Part shown: piece after piece, positions 1-10,400 of the stretch | How positions within the stretch are numbered: position 1 is the first letter of the stretch | Layout: every line of letters begins with the position of its first letter | Assembly (NCBI GenBank): GCA_003132525.1 | Contig: PKXZ01000015.1 | Span: 50,204 to 110,470 of the forward strand | DNA from: Candidatus Dormiibacterota bacterium | GTDB taxonomy: Bacteria > Chloroflexota > Dormibacteria > Aeolococcales > Aeolococcaceae | DNA length: 60,267 nt | Direction: 5' to 3' | Notes under the pieces: model-generated | The model's input: the letters and a program-made list of their open reading frames with translations, nothing else | What the model was told of the DNA's origin: nothing | Database searches by the model: none | Translations under genes and position numbers: made by a program

Positions 1-522
1 GGCGAGCGCGCGTGCCGCCGCGACGCGTTGCTGCTGCCCTCCGGACAGTTGATTCGGACGGTGCTTGAGCCGGTCCCCGAGACCGGTGATACGCACCACC
101 TCGGCGAGCGCCGCCGGGTCTGGTTTGCGTCCTGCGATGGTGAGCGGCAGCACGATGTTGTCGAGCGCGGAGAGCGTCGGCACCAGGTTGAACGACTGGA
201 AGATGAATCCGACGCGCACGCGCCGCAGCATGGTGAGCTGGCGATCGTTGAGGCTGCCCAGCTCGATGTCACCGATGTGGACGCTACCGGAGGTCAGACG
301 ATCGAGACCGGCGATGCAATGCAAGAGGGTCGATTTGCCGGAGCCGGACGGCCCCATGATTGCGCTGAACTGGCCCTTGCCAAATGCGACGGTGATGCCA
401 TCGAGCGCACGCACCATCGCGTCGCCCCTGCCGTACTCCTTGACCGCATCGGTGGTGCGAGCTGCGATGGGTCGCTCCGCCGACGCCGTCGTCGATGCTC
501 CCGCCGTCGTGGTCTCCGCCAT
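1..522 (-). CDS. ABC transporter ATP-binding protein (MacB/LolD/FtsE-like). The C-terminus is cut by the window edge.
   Basis: Reverse translation from the ATG at comp(520..522) reads MAETTT...GPSGSGKSTLLHCIAGL (Walker A) ... NQLSGGQQQRVAAARALA (ABC signature) and runs off position 1. It is absent from the ORF track because it has no stop in the window. Confidence 0.85.
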   Translation of the reverse strand, partial: MAETTTAGASTTASAERPIAARTTDAVKEYGRGDAMVRALDGITVAFGKGQFSAIMGPSGSGKSTLLHCIAGLDRLTSGSVHIGDIELGSLNDRQLTMLRRVRVGFIFQSFNLVPTLSALDNIVLPLTIAGRKPDPAALAEVVRITGLGDRLKHRPNQLSGGQQQRVAAARALA

Positions 523-585
523 TGATGGCCAGGGTAGACGAAGTCCGGGTTTGCGCCTGACCGCGGCGGCCTGGTGACCCCTTGC

Positions 586-600
586 TAGAGTGGGTTGGTG
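586..600 (+). promoter_or_regulatory. Possible leaderless promoter of menG: -10-like TAGAGT (586..591) placed 6 nt before the GTG at 598.
   Basis: A TAnnnT hexamer sits directly upstream of the TTG/GTG start with no room for a Shine-Dalgarno sequence. Confidence 0.3.
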
Positions 601-1287
601 ACCGGGGCCGAACTTCCCATCGGCGAGCGCAAGGCGCGAGCCGTCGAGGAGATGTTCGACCGGATCGCGCCTCGCTACGAGCTGGTGAACCGTCTGATGA
701 CGCTTGGGCTCGATGCGGGATGGCGACGCCGAGCGGTGCGCGAGCTGTACCTCGATGCCGGAGCGCGTGTGGTGGATCTCGGCTGCGGGACCGGCGACCT
801 CTGCAGGGGCCTCGGACGCGCCGGACTCCGGGCCGTGGGAGTCGACATGGCGGCCGGAATGCTCGCGATGGCGCACACCGCGGCACCACTGGTTCGTGCC
901 GACGCCCTGCAACTGCCGCTGGGTGATGCCTCGGTCGATGGAGCGGTCAGCGGCTTCGCCCTGCGCAATGTCGTCGACATCGCCGCGTGCTTCCGCGAGG
1001 CGGCCAGAGTGATCCGTCCAGGTGGCCGCGCCGTCTTCCTTGAAGTGTCGGAGCCTCCGAGTCCAATCGTTCGCTGGGCGCACACGCTGTACTTCCGGCG
1101 AATCGTCCCGATGATCGGGGGCCTGCTCTCCGACCGGAACGCGTATCGGTACCTGCCCGCGTCCACGGCGTACCTTCCTCCCCCGGACGAGCTGCTCCGG
1201 CTGCTTGCCGATGCCGGCTTCGCGCGCTGCCGCAGGGTGCAACTCGGCATGGGCGCCGCGCAGCTGCTGATGGGTACCCGGCGATGA
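595..1287 (+). CDS. menG: Demethylmenaquinone methyltransferase (UbiE/MenG family)
   Basis: N-terminal motif FDRIAPRYELVNRLMTLG and SAM-binding motif VVDLGCGTGDL; lies in the men cluster. Confidence 0.85.
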   Translation: MVTGAELPIGERKARAVEEMFDRIAPRYELVNRLMTLGLDAGWRRRAVRELYLDAGARVVDLGCGTGDLCRGLGRAGLRAVGVDMAAGMLAMAHTAAPLVRADALQLPLGDASVDGAVSGFALRNVVDIAACFREAARVIRPGGRAVFLEVSEPPSPIVRWAHTLYFRRIVPMIGGLLSDRNAYRYLPASTAYLPPPDELLRLLADAGFARCRRVQLGMGAAQLLMGTRR

Positions 1288-2465
1288 GCGCCGTCCGCCC
1301 GGCGCCGGACCTGCATGCGCCCGCTATCGACGAGCTCTTCGATGCGTATCGCGAGGCGACCGGGGTGGTGCTGCGATACGGCGACCACCTTCTCGCAGCT
1401 GCCGGTGACTCGCGGGACATCCATATGGCTGCCGGTCCCGACCAGGTGCGTCGCGCCGCGGCGCTGGTCCACGCCGCCCTCGATGAGACAGCCGGTCTCG
1501 GAGTGGCCATGGGGGCGCTTCCCTTCGAGGGCAGTTGCGATGCGGTGATTCGCGTTCCCGAGCGTGTGGTCCGGGGGCTGCCGCTGCACCGCGGCGTCGC
1601 TCCGGAGCCCGGCTGGACGATCACCGGACTGGTACCGGATCCCCTGCCGGTGGAGTACGAGAACGCGGTGGAGCGCGCGCTTGCGGCAATCGACGCGGGC
1701 GAGGTCGAGAAGGTGGTGCTGGCGCGCAGCCTGCTCGTGGAAGCAGATCGACCCATCGATGCTCGCATCGTCGCGCGACGCCTCAATGCCGAGGAACCGG
1801 GGGCATTCGTCTTCCTGGTGGCGCTTTCCGGAGGCGCCTCGACGCTGGTCGGCGCCTCGCCGGAGCTGGTGGTGCGTCGGCGGGGACGGAAGGTCTTCAG
1901 CGACCCGCTGGCGGGGACCGCCCGCCGGTTGCCGGATCGCGTCCGGGACCGGGAGATCGCCCAGCAACTGCTCGACGCGGTCAAAGAGCAGCGCGAGCAT
2001 CGCCTGGTCGCTGAGGCCGTGGCGGACGGCTTGACGCCGTTCTGCTCGAACCTCGTCGTCGACAGTGAGGCCGGTCTCACATCGACGGCCACCCTCTGGC
2101 ATCTCCACACCGCGATCAAGGGGACGCTCAAACCCGACGCGCCCGACGCCCTGACCATCGCCGCCGCCCTGCATCCCACGCCGGCGGTCTGTGGAACGCC
2201 GCAGGGGGCAGCCGCTGCGCTGATCGGGCGCCTCGAACCGTTCGACCGCCGCTACTTCGCGGGTCTGGTCGGTTGGGTCGATGCGCTCGGCGACGGGGAA
2301 TGGGCGCTCACCCTCCGCTGCGCTGAGGTGTCCGGGTCAACCGCGCGTCTTCACGCCGGTGCCGGCATCGTGGCCGGGTCGGAGCCGGCGTTGGAAGACC
2401 TCGAGACCGAGGCGAAGTTCAGCGTCGGGCTGCGCGCGCTCGGGGTGGAGCCGGCCCAGGTCTGA
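1284..2465 (+). CDS. menF: Isochorismate synthase
   Basis: Chorismate-binding signature LHPTPAVCGTP and C-terminal GAGIVAGSEPALE; 4-nt overlap with menG. Confidence 0.85.
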   Translation: MSAVRPAPDLHAPAIDELFDAYREATGVVLRYGDHLLAAAGDSRDIHMAAGPDQVRRAAALVHAALDETAGLGVAMGALPFEGSCDAVIRVPERVVRGLPLHRGVAPEPGWTITGLVPDPLPVEYENAVERALAAIDAGEVEKVVLARSLLVEADRPIDARIVARRLNAEEPGAFVFLVALSGGASTLVGASPELVVRRRGRKVFSDPLAGTARRLPDRVRDREIAQQLLDAVKEQREHRLVAEAVADGLTPFCSNLVVDSEAGLTSTATLWHLHTAIKGTLKPDAPDALTIAAALHPTPAVCGTPQGAAAALIGRLEPFDRRYFAGLVGWVDALGDGEWALTLRCAEVSGSTARLHAGAGIVAGSEPALEDLETEAKFSVGLRALGVEPAQV

Positions 2466-2472
2466 CAGCCGC

Positions 2473-4200
2473 CTACGCGCTCAGCGCAGACGAGACCGCC
2501 TGCGCCACCGCCACGCGCAGCTGCACGGCGCGATTCCGATCGACGCGAACCCTGACGACCTGAACACCACCCGAGGCCTCGGCCTCGCGGATCGCGGGAA
2601 CGACGACACCTGCGTGATCGACCGTGCGCACGCCTGCGCCGGCAGCCCGCGCGATCGCCTCGAGGTCGAGCCCATGTGGCGTTCCGAAGAGCAGCTCGAA
2701 CTCGTCTTTCGGTAACGTCGCCTGGGGGAGCATCGAGAAGATGCCGCCACCATCGTTGTCGATGACCACGAGCACGGCAGCGCGGCCGTGCCGCGCGCCC
2801 CAGAGCAGACCCGATGCGTCGTGGATCACGGAAAGGTCGCCGAGCAGCGCGTATGTCGGTCCGCTCACCTCGGCGATGCCGAAGGTCGTCGACACCAGGC
2901 CGTCGATGCCGCTGGCGCCACGATTGGCCAGAACTCGCACACCTGCGCGAGGGCGCATGTACATATCGAGGTCGCGGATGGGCATGCTCGACCCCGCGAA
3001 GAGCACGCCGCCATCCGGGATCGCAGCGGCCACGTCTCGCGCGATCCGGCCTTCGAATGGTTCGTCCCAGGAGTCGAGCAATGCGTCGATGGCGGTGCGC
3101 ACCTTGCTGTCGGCGTCGTGCCACTCGTCGAGCCATTGCGGTCTCGTTGCGGGCAGCGACGACGTGGTCGCACGCAGGGCTGCCGCGACCTCTGCCGGAT
3201 CCTCGTTGATGGTCAGCGTGGAGCGGCGATCGGGATCGGCCACGAGCTCATCGGGGTCGATGATCAGCAAGCGGTCGGCGCTCCTCACCAGGTCCTGGAC
3301 GCCGCGCGAGGTCGGTGTGGCGCCGACCTGAATCACGAGGTCAGGGTGACAGCGGTCGCGGAATTCAGCATTGGCAGCGAGGAGCGTCCCTGCCGAAAGA
3401 GCGCCGCCGCGACGGTCGCCGCGCGGTGCGTCACGAAGCCCCGAGATTGGTTCGGCGAGCAGCGGCCATCCACGGTCGGCGCACAGTTCGACCAGGCCGT
3501 CGGCCGGAACACGAAGCCGACCGGCCACGACCGCGATGCGGTGACCGGTGCTCACCTCTCTCAGGAATGCAGGCATCTGACTCGGGTGTACTTGCGTGTC
3601 CCAGTTCGTCTTCGATTCGGGTGGCGACGAGTCGACGGTCGCTCCGCTCGGCAACAACGGCTCGCGAAAGGGCAGGTTCAGATGCACCGGACCTGGTGGC
3701 GAAAACCCGACTGCGCGCTGTATCGCGCTGTGCCCGGCGATCGACCAATGCACCCGCTCGTGCGGCGCCGCCACAGGCACGCCGGTGTCATGAAACCACT
3801 TGACGAAGCCCCCGAAGAGGTTCTGCTGATCGATCGTCTGGTTGGCACCCACGCCGTGCAGCTCGGGAGGCCTGTCCGCGGTCATAACGATGAGAGGCAC
3901 GCGTGCCATGTACGCTTCGACCACCGCAGGGAAGTGATTCGCCGCCGCGGTGCCCGACGTGCAGAACATTGCGACAGGCTGTCCGGACGCCGCCGCGATG
4001 CCGAGCCCGAAGAATGCCGACGCGCGCTCGTCGACGTGCACATGCAACGTGATCCCCGGATGGCGAGCCGCCGCCAGTGCAATGGGCGTCGACCTCGCTC
4101 CGGGTGTCATGCACATGTGGGTGACCCCGCCGCGGACCAGCTCGTCGAGCAACGTGGTGGCGTAGGCGAGAGCGATGTCACCCTCGTTGGGATCGGTCAT
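2473..4200 (-). CDS. menD: SEPHCHC synthase (ThDP-dependent)
   Basis: 575 aa. Carries the MenD-type N-terminus LLDELVRGGVTHMCMTPGARSTP, TSGTAAANHFPAV and ADRPPELHGVGANQTIDQ. Confidence 0.9.
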   Translation of the reverse strand: MTDPNEGDIALAYATTLLDELVRGGVTHMCMTPGARSTPIALAAARHPGITLHVHVDERASAFFGLGIAAASGQPVAMFCTSGTAAANHFPAVVEAYMARVPLIVMTADRPPELHGVGANQTIDQQNLFGGFVKWFHDTGVPVAAPHERVHWSIAGHSAIQRAVGFSPPGPVHLNLPFREPLLPSGATVDSSPPESKTNWDTQVHPSQMPAFLREVSTGHRIAVVAGRLRVPADGLVELCADRGWPLLAEPISGLRDAPRGDRRGGALSAGTLLAANAEFRDRCHPDLVIQVGATPTSRGVQDLVRSADRLLIIDPDELVADPDRRSTLTINEDPAEVAAALRATTSSLPATRPQWLDEWHDADSKVRTAIDALLDSWDEPFEGRIARDVAAAIPDGGVLFAGSSMPIRDLDMYMRPRAGVRVLANRGASGIDGLVSTTFGIAEVSGPTYALLGDLSVIHDASGLLWGARHGRAAVLVVIDNDGGGIFSMLPQATLPKDEFELLFGTPHGLDLEAIARAAGAGVRTVDHAGVVVPAIREAEASGGVQVVRVRVDRNRAVQLRVAVAQAVSSALSA

Positions 4201-5054
4201 ACGGGGGCGAGCAACTGCAGGTTGACGTTTGCGCGCCGCGGTGCGAGCCAGCCGCCGACGGGGATGAGGGGATCGTCGACCACATCCGACTCGAGCAGCG
4301 CCGCGGTGCCCGCGCCGTGCGCGTAGGGCGCGTCCGGAAGCGACGCGGCCAGCGCGACGACAACCGCGAGTCCGACCGAGGTTTCCAGCGCACTCGACGC
4401 AATTGCGGGAACGCCGCTCGCGTCAGCAGCCCGCAGTGCCTCGCGGACGCCGCCGATGCGCTGGGGCTTGAGCACGATGGCATCCGCCGCTTCCAGTTGA
4501 TGGAGGCGCTGTGCGTCGGCGGTGGTGCGGATGGATGACTCCGCGGCGACCGGCATGGCGGTACGGCGCCGGAGGGCCGCGAGCTCCTCGAGCGATGCGA
4601 CCGGGTCCTCGACGAGCTCGATGTCGTAGCAAGCGACCTTCGCCAGCTCGAGCATTGCGGTGTCCACGTCCCACGCTCCATTGGCGTCGAGGCGGATCCT
4701 CGCTGCCGGACCACACGCGGAACGGACGGCGGCAACTCTGTTCACGGAGAGCTCGTCGCCGACCTTGACCTTGATGGTGTTGCAGCCGGAGCTGACCGCG
4801 AGCGCCGCGGCGACGTCGGGCGCAACCCGCGGAACCATGGCGTTGACGGCGACGCGATCCCGAGCGACCGGTGGAAACGGGAGGGTGGCGGCCTCGAGCG
4901 CGGACCGCTCCGCCGCCTCGCGCTCAGCGTCGTTCCAGCTCGGCAGCGGCGAGCACTCACCCCACCCGGCCGGCCCCTCGATGAGATACCCGGTGCGTGT
5001 GGTCACGCCCATCACCGGGTGACGCAACGCGATGCTGAAGGGGACACGCCTCAC
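4197..5054 (-). CDS. menC: o-Succinylbenzoate synthase (enolase superfamily)
   Basis: Motifs GWGECSPLP and RLDANGAW; 4-nt overlaps with menD and menA. Confidence 0.8.
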   Translation of the reverse strand: MRRVPFSIALRHPVMGVTTRTGYLIEGPAGWGECSPLPSWNDAEREAAERSALEAATLPFPPVARDRVAVNAMVPRVAPDVAAALAVSSGCNTIKVKVGDELSVNRVAAVRSACGPAARIRLDANGAWDVDTAMLELAKVACYDIELVEDPVASLEELAALRRRTAMPVAAESSIRTTADAQRLHQLEAADAIVLKPQRIGGVREALRAADASGVPAIASSALETSVGLAVVVALAASLPDAPYAHGAGTAALLESDVVDDPLIPVGGWLAPRRANVNLQLLAPV

Positions 5055-5950
5055 GACGCCAGCAGCGCTCCCGCGAGGACGAGGCCGAACAGCAGCTGCA
5101 GTCGCGTGATACCGATGAGCGCCGGGACGAGCGCCCGTCCCTCGGCGGAGCGAATGACGCGCAGCGGAGCGACGGCGAGCGGGATGGTGACCAGCGTGAG
5201 AGCGACGAGCCAGGGAAGCGAACCCACGAGCGCGCCTATTGTCGGCAGCACCAGCGCCACCAAAACGATCACGACGAGCAACGTGCGGCTGCTCTGCGCC
5301 CCGATGCGAACCGCGAGGGTTCGTTTGCCCACCGCGCTGTCCGTCGGGATGTCACGCAGGTTGTTGACCATGAGCAGCGCGCACGCGAGCAACCCGACCG
5401 GCACCGCGACCCAGAGCACGCTCGCATCGAGCCGGTCCTGCTGGACAAACGCCGTGCCGCAGGTGGCGACGAGCCCGAAGAAGACGAACACCGAGACCTC
5501 GCCGAGGCCGCTCGCCGCATACGGTTTCGGCCCACCCGAGTACAGCGCCAGGGCGAGCACCGACACCGCTCCGGCGGCGATGAGCCACGGCGTTGTGAGC
5601 AGCGCAAGGGCGATGCCGGCGACCGCCGCGACGCCCACCATCACGATTGCCGCCGCCGCCACCGATCGGGGCGGCGCGAGACCCGAAGCGACGAGACGGC
5701 GCGGCCCCATGCGCGCAACGGTGTCGACGCCACTGACGCCGTCGAAATAATCGTTGGCGTAGTTGACACCGATCTGCAGCGCGACCGCGACGAGCAGTGC
5801 CAGCAGCGTGCGTGGAATCGAGATCGCGTTGCGTCCGGCCCACGCCGCGCCGGCCAGCACTGGCACCACCGCCGCGACCAGGGTGCGGGGTCGCGCACCG
5901 ACCCACCAGACGGCGAGCGGACCCGGCCTGGGTGCCGCCTCGGCGATCAC
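5051..5950 (-). CDS. menA: 1,4-dihydroxy-2-naphthoate polyprenyltransferase (UbiA family)
   Basis: Polytopic membrane protein with [14 protein letters not shown] (NxxxDxxxD) and a second DxxxD region NLRDIPTD. Confidence 0.85.
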   Translation of the reverse strand: MIAEAAPRPGPLAVWWVGARPRTLVAAVVPVLAGAAWAGRNAISIPRTLLALLVAVALQIGVNYANDYFDGVSGVDTVARMGPRRLVASGLAPPRSVAAAAIVMVGVAAVAGIALALLTTPWLIAAGAVSVLALALYSGGPKPYAASGLGEVSVFVFFGLVATCGTAFVQQDRLDASVLWVAVPVGLLACALLMVNNLRDIPTDSAVGKRTLAVRIGAQSSRTLLVVIVLVALVLPTIGALVGSLPWLVALTLVTIPLAVAPLRVIRSAEGRALVPALIGITRLQLLFGLVLAGALLAS

Positions 5951-6771
5951 GGCCGGTGCGGGAACTTCGCGAAGTCGGGTTTGCGCTTCTCGACGTACGC
6001 GTCGCGGCCTTCCTGCGCCTCCTCACTCATGTAGAAGAGGAGGGTCGCGTCGCCGGCGAGCTGCTGGATGCCGGCGAGGCCGTCGGTATCGGCGTTGAAG
6101 CCGGCCTTGAGCAGGCGCAGCGCGAGCGGGCTCATCTCGAGCATGCGGTTGCACACCGCGACGGTCTCCTCCTCGAGCTTGTCGAGCGGGACGACTCGAT
6201 TGACCAGTCCCCAGCGCTCGGCGGTGACTGCGTCGTACTGCTCGCAGAGGAACCAGATCTCCTTGGCGCGCTTGAGCCCGACCGTCCGAGCCAGCAGCCC
6301 GGAGCCGTACCCGGCGTCGAACGAGCCCACCCTGGGGCCCGTCTGTCCGAACACGGCGTTGTCCGCCGCGATGGTCAGGTCGCATACGAGGTGGAGCACG
6401 TGGCCACCGCCGATCGCGTAGCCGGCCACCATGGCGACGACCGGCTTGGGCAACCGGCGGATCTGCACCTGCAGATCGAGAACGTTGAGGCGGCCGACCC
6501 CGGCCGGATCGCGATAGCCGTCGTCGCCGCGCACCCGCTGGTCTCCGCCCGAACAGAAGGCCTCGGTCCCCTCGCCGGTGAGCACGACGACGCCGATCTT
6601 CGGGTCGTCACGGGCAAGCTCGAAGGCGCGGCTCAGCTCGAACAGCGTTGTCGGCCGGAACGCGTTGCGTACCTCGGGCCGGTTGATGGTGAGCTTGGCG
6701 ATGCCCCCGGCGGTCTCGTACCGAATGTCCTCCCATTCGCCGGTCGCGACCCATTCCACGATGGCAGGCAC
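5947..6771 (-). CDS. menB: 1,4-dihydroxy-2-naphthoyl-CoA synthase (crotonase family)
   Basis: Motifs [19 protein letters not shown] and [18 protein letters not shown]. Confidence 0.9.
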   Translation of the reverse strand: MPAIVEWVATGEWEDIRYETAGGIAKLTINRPEVRNAFRPTTLFELSRAFELARDDPKIGVVVLTGEGTEAFCSGGDQRVRGDDGYRDPAGVGRLNVLDLQVQIRRLPKPVVAMVAGYAIGGGHVLHLVCDLTIAADNAVFGQTGPRVGSFDAGYGSGLLARTVGLKRAKEIWFLCEQYDAVTAERWGLVNRVVPLDKLEEETVAVCNRMLEMSPLALRLLKAGFNADTDGLAGIQQLAGDATLLFYMSEEAQEGRDAYVEKRKPDFAKFPHRP

Positions 6772-6837
6772 CTCACATTGAACTCGTATCGATCGCTCTC
6801 GATGGTAGACCGCCAGGGTCCGGGCGGGCGGCGGCGC

Positions 6838-6852
6838 TACGCTCGCGGCATG
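6838..6852 (+). promoter_or_regulatory. Possible leaderless promoter of menE: TACGCT (6838..6843), 6 nt, then ATG at 6850.
   Basis: A TAnnnT hexamer lies 6 nt upstream of the start codon, with no SD. Confidence 0.3.
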
Positions 6853-8022
6853 ACCGTGCCCGAGCTCAGACGCACGCTACGCACCGGCGACCTGGCAGCC
6901 GTGGCGCTGGCGCCCGGAGCCGCGTGGCTGGGGGTGCTTCGCCACGCCCGAGCTGTGGGAGCGGCGATTCTTCCCATCGACGTCCGGTTGTCGAGGTCCG
7001 AGCGTGCGGCACTGATCGGCACCGCCCAGCCAAGCGTGATCGCGGACGAGGACGGGGTCCGGCGCACCGAAGGAGTCGCGATCGATCCGGCGATCCACCT
7101 GGTCATCGCCACCTCGGGAACCTCAGGTCATGCCCGCCTCGCGGAGCTCCCGGCGATGGCGGTCGAGGCCGCGGTGATGGCGTCGGCCGATGCCATCGAT
7201 GCGCGCGCGGAGGACCGCTGGCTCTCCTGCCTGCCGCTGGCGCACATCGGCGGACTGCTCGTCCTGGAGCGGCATCTGCTCCTGGGCGCTCCGATCACGT
7301 TCCGTCGCCGCCTCGCCCGGTCGGTGATCGCGCGGATCGGTGACGCCCGCTTCACCTCACTCGTGCCGACGCAGCTCACACGGCTGCTCGATGCCGGCGC
7401 CGACCTGGGGCGGTTCCGGGCGATCCTCGTCGGTGGATCCGGGGTCGACGCCGAGGTTGCGAACCGCGTGGCCGGGGCCGGTGTCCGTGTGGTGCCGACA
7501 TACGGCATGACCGAGACCTGCGGCGGGGTGGTCTACGCGGGGCGTCCGCTGGCCGGTGTAGAGGTGCGCGCATCGCGCTGGGGTGAGCTCCTCATCCGCG
7601 GACCGACGTTGATGCGCGGCTACCGGCTTGACCCAGCCGCGTCAGTCGAGGTGTTCGAGCCGGGAGGCTGGTTGCGCACCGCAGACGGTGGCGAGGTTGA
7701 TGACGACGGGACCGTTCGCGTCCACGGCAGGCTCGCCGACGTGATCGTCAGCGGGGGCGAGAAGATCTGGCCGGCGGAGGTCGAAGCCGCCCTCTCGAGC
7801 CATCCCGAGGTTGCGGCAGCGCTGGTGTCAGGAGTCGCAGATCGCGAGTGGGGCGAGCGGGTCGTCGCTCGCGTCGTGCCGCGACGGCCCGCGGCGCCAC
7901 CCACGCTGGAATCGCTGCGCGATCACGCGGCGGAGACGATCGCCCGCCACAAGCTGCCGCGCGAGGTGATCATCGTCGATCGCCTGGACCGCACATCGCT
8001 GGGAAAGATTCGCCGCCGCTGA
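6850..8022 (+). CDS. menE: o-Succinylbenzoate-CoA ligase
   Basis: AMP-binding motifs [15 protein letters not shown] and the terminal SLGKIRR. The track ORF 5797..8022 was trimmed to the ATG at 6850 because its 5' part lies antisense to menB. Confidence 0.8.
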   Translation: MTVPELRRTLRTGDLAAVALAPGAAWLGVLRHARAVGAAILPIDVRLSRSERAALIGTAQPSVIADEDGVRRTEGVAIDPAIHLVIATSGTSGHARLAELPAMAVEAAVMASADAIDARAEDRWLSCLPLAHIGGLLVLERHLLLGAPITFRRRLARSVIARIGDARFTSLVPTQLTRLLDAGADLGRFRAILVGGSGVDAEVANRVAGAGVRVVPTYGMTETCGGVVYAGRPLAGVEVRASRWGELLIRGPTLMRGYRLDPAASVEVFEPGGWLRTADGGEVDDDGTVRVHGRLADVIVSGGEKIWPAEVEAALSSHPEVAAALVSGVADREWGERVVARVVPRRPAAPPTLESLRDHAAETIARHKLPREVIIVDRLDRTSLGKIRRR

Positions 8023-8032
8023 ACGCTCCCGA

Positions 8033-8842
8033 CTACGTGGCGATGTACCGGGGTGCGTCAGTCTCCGACCCGCTGCCGGCGCGAGCGATGAGGCCATCGC
8101 GCACGAGCTTGTCGAGATGCGCCTGCACGGTCCACGCCGCGAGGGGATACACCGCAACCGGGTAGCCCGCATACAGCGGTGGCACGAGGTCCATCGGCGC
8201 GAACTCCGATCGCTCCCGAGCGGCGGCGAGCACCTGCACTTCGCGTTCCAGCCGGTGCGCGATGTACTCGTCAATGAGCGCGCCCGCGTCATCGACACGC
8301 TCACCGTGCCCGGGCAGGATGGTGAGCGGCTGCAATGCCTGGACTCGACGCAGCGACTCCATGTAGTCGGCCATGTCACCCTCACCGGGGTGCACCACCG
8401 AGGTGGTGCCGTTCAGGATGTGATCGCCGGTGAAGAGCGTTCGCGCCCCGGGGTCGTAGAAGCACAGGTGGTCGCGGGTGTGGCCCGGCGTGTGCACGGC
8501 GATCAACTCGACGTCGTCTGCACGCACAACCTCGCCGTCCGACATCGCCTGCGCGTGTTCCTGGCCGGCGGACGGATCGAAGCAGTGCACGGAGGCGCCG
8601 GTTTCCGTTGCCATGCGCAGGGCAAGCGGGCGGTGATCGGGATGCGAGTGCGTGAGCAGGATCGTCGTGATGCGACCATCGCGCGCGCGAGAGGCATCGA
8701 GGATTGCGGCGAGATGCTGCTCGTCGTCGGGTCCGGGGTCGATGCAGATCAGTGAGGAGCCGCCGAGCAGATACGTGTTGGTACCGCGTCCGGTGAACAC
8801 CGAGGGGTTGGGTGCGAGGACTCGCGTCGGCGCCGCGCTCAT
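8033..8842 (-). CDS. MBL-fold metallo-hydrolase with a C-terminal winged-helix-like tail
   Basis: HxHxDH motif LLTHSHPDH; downstream TPGHT and LPGHG. Confidence 0.75.
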   Translation of the reverse strand: MSAAPTRVLAPNPSVFTGRGTNTYLLGGSSLICIDPGPDDEQHLAAILDASRARDGRITTILLTHSHPDHRPLALRMATETGASVHCFDPSAGQEHAQAMSDGEVVRADDVELIAVHTPGHTRDHLCFYDPGARTLFTGDHILNGTTSVVHPGEGDMADYMESLRRVQALQPLTILPGHGERVDDAGALIDEYIAHRLEREVQVLAAARERSEFAPMDLVPPLYAGYPVAVYPLAAWTVQAHLDKLVRDGLIARAGSGSETDAPRYIAT

Positions 8843-9525
8843 GACGGTTCGATCTGGTGCTGCAAACCCATCCAGCGGGCGATGATCTCGGGCGTTATCT
8901 CTGTCTCCTCGATGGGGTTCGCACCGAGGGTGCTGATAATCGCGTCAACGGATCCGAGCCGGGCGAACTCGTGGCACATCATCCTCGTCGGCGGCATGAT
9001 CGCCGCGACGTCGAGCTCCAACATCGATTCCGGACGGTGCCAGCCGCCCTCGACCGCCTCGGCGGCGTGCACGTTCACGACCTGGTCGTCCGATGCACCA
9101 ACGGCGAAGAACCGCGTGTCGTAGCGGCGACCCTCGCGTGGAGGGGTCACGAAGTGGCCGATGTAGACGAGCCGCTCGGGCGTCATCACGAGATCGTGTG
9201 CAGCGAGGGTGGCGGTGATCCCGCCTCCTGCGAGCAGCGTCGAACGAGCCGAACGAATGCGTGCCTCGAGATCGCGGTTGTCGCTGCCCTTGTGCGCGCC
9301 GATCAGGATGCCCACCTCCTCGAGCACCTCGCGAACTCCTGCGACGGCATATGCCACGTCATCGGTGCCGTCGGCGGCATCGACCGCTCCACCTGGAAAC
9401 ACGAACGCGCCAGCCGCAAAGCTGCTCCGGCCCGGACGGCGCAGCATGCAGACCTCGACACCACCGTCGACGTCGCGGAGGAGCGCCACCGTGCTGGCTG
9501 GGACGGGTGCTGTGGCGTCGTTCAT
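8839..9525 (-). CDS. NUDIX hydrolase
   Basis: Nudix box core GVREVLEEVGI; 4-nt overlap with the MBL gene. Confidence 0.7.
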   Translation of the reverse strand: MNDATAPVPASTVALLRDVDGGVEVCMLRRPGRSSFAAGAFVFPGGAVDAADGTDDVAYAVAGVREVLEEVGILIGAHKGSDNRDLEARIRSARSTLLAGGGITATLAAHDLVMTPERLVYIGHFVTPPREGRRYDTRFFAVGASDDQVVNVHAAEAVEGGWHRPESMLELDVAAIMPPTRMMCHEFARLGSVDAIISTLGANPIEETEITPEIIARWMGLQHQIEPS

Positions 9526-9593
9526 CTACCCCATGGTATTGGCGCACTGGCTGAGCACGGCACCGACCCCGACCCTGAAACTGTGCGGCACTG

Positions 9594-10364
9594 ATGTCAT
9601 CCCATCTCGACGTTGCTTTCGAGCTCGCCGACATAGCTGATTTGATCACCACCTCGCGCTTCCGTGCACCGGATCTGCGCGTTGACACCAAGTCCGACAA
9701 CACGCCGGTGACCGACGCGGACCGGGCTACCGAGATGGCTCTGCGCGAAGCGCTCGAGCGGTTGCGTCCCGGCCAGGAGATCGTTGGCGAGGAGTTCGGC
9801 GGGGAAGGGCAGGCTGAGTGGCGGTGGATCCTCGATCCGATCGACGGAACGTTGAACTACGCCAATGGCGTCCCGGTCTGGGCGACCCTGATCGCGCTCA
9901 TGTGCGGCGACCGCTCCGTCTGCGGTGTGGTGTCGGCACCCGCACTGGGCAGGCGCTGGTGGGCGGCGACCGGCGAGGGCGCGTTCACCGACTCCGGACA
10001 GCGCATCCACGTCTCACGGACGCCGACCATCGAGGAGGCGTACGTGTCGTGCACCGACGTCCGCGACTTCGCCACCCGGCGGGGCGAGCGCGGATTTCAC
10101 GCCTTGCTCGAGCGGGCCCGCGTGATCCGCGCATTCGGCGACTTCTGGTCCCACATGCTCGTCGCGGAAGGGGTGATCGACGTGGCCGTCGAGGCCTGGG
10201 TGAACCCTTGGGACGTCGCCGCCACCCAGGTCATCATGGTCGAAGCCGGAGGGCGTTTCAGCGACTTCGACGGCGCGTTTCGGATCGACTCGGGCAATGT
10301 GATCACCACCAACGGCCTCCTCCACGACGAACTGGTGACCCTGATGCGAGATGAAAACCAGTAG
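9594..10364 (+). CDS. Inositol monophosphatase family protein (HisN-like histidinol-phosphatase)
   Basis: IMPase motifs WILDPIDGTLNY and WDVAA. Confidence 0.7.
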   Translation: MSSHLDVAFELADIADLITTSRFRAPDLRVDTKSDNTPVTDADRATEMALREALERLRPGQEIVGEEFGGEGQAEWRWILDPIDGTLNYANGVPVWATLIALMCGDRSVCGVVSAPALGRRWWAATGEGAFTDSGQRIHVSRTPTIEEAYVSCTDVRDFATRRGERGFHALLERARVIRAFGDFWSHMLVAEGVIDVAVEAWVNPWDVAATQVIMVEAGGRFSDFDGAFRIDSGNVITTNGLLHDELVTLMRDENQ

Positions 10365-10400
10365 CTAAACGATACTGAGTTTCATGTAGACTGCCGTCTC

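Noticed and set aside
675-2179. Long minus-strand ORFs (499 aa and 410 aa) spanning menG/menF
   Set aside because: They are Arg/Ala/Ser/Pro-rich shadow frames lying opposite genes with clear men motifs. This is typical of antisense open frames in about 70% GC DNA.
5797-6849. The 5' 350 codons of the 741-aa track ORF that ends as menE
   Set aside because: This part lies antisense to the well-supported menA/menB genes and has no recognisable motifs. The AMP-ligase homology begins at the ATG at 6850.
10340-10400. Zur/MntR/IdeR-type operator in the AT-richer stretch upstream of the metal-importer SBP gene (ATGAAAAC ... AGTTTCAT)
   Set aside because: The half-sites are about 20 nt apart and one lies inside the hisN-like coding end. 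I could not match a Zur (TGAAAATNATTTTCA-like) or DtxR-type palindrome. It remains only a vague possibility.
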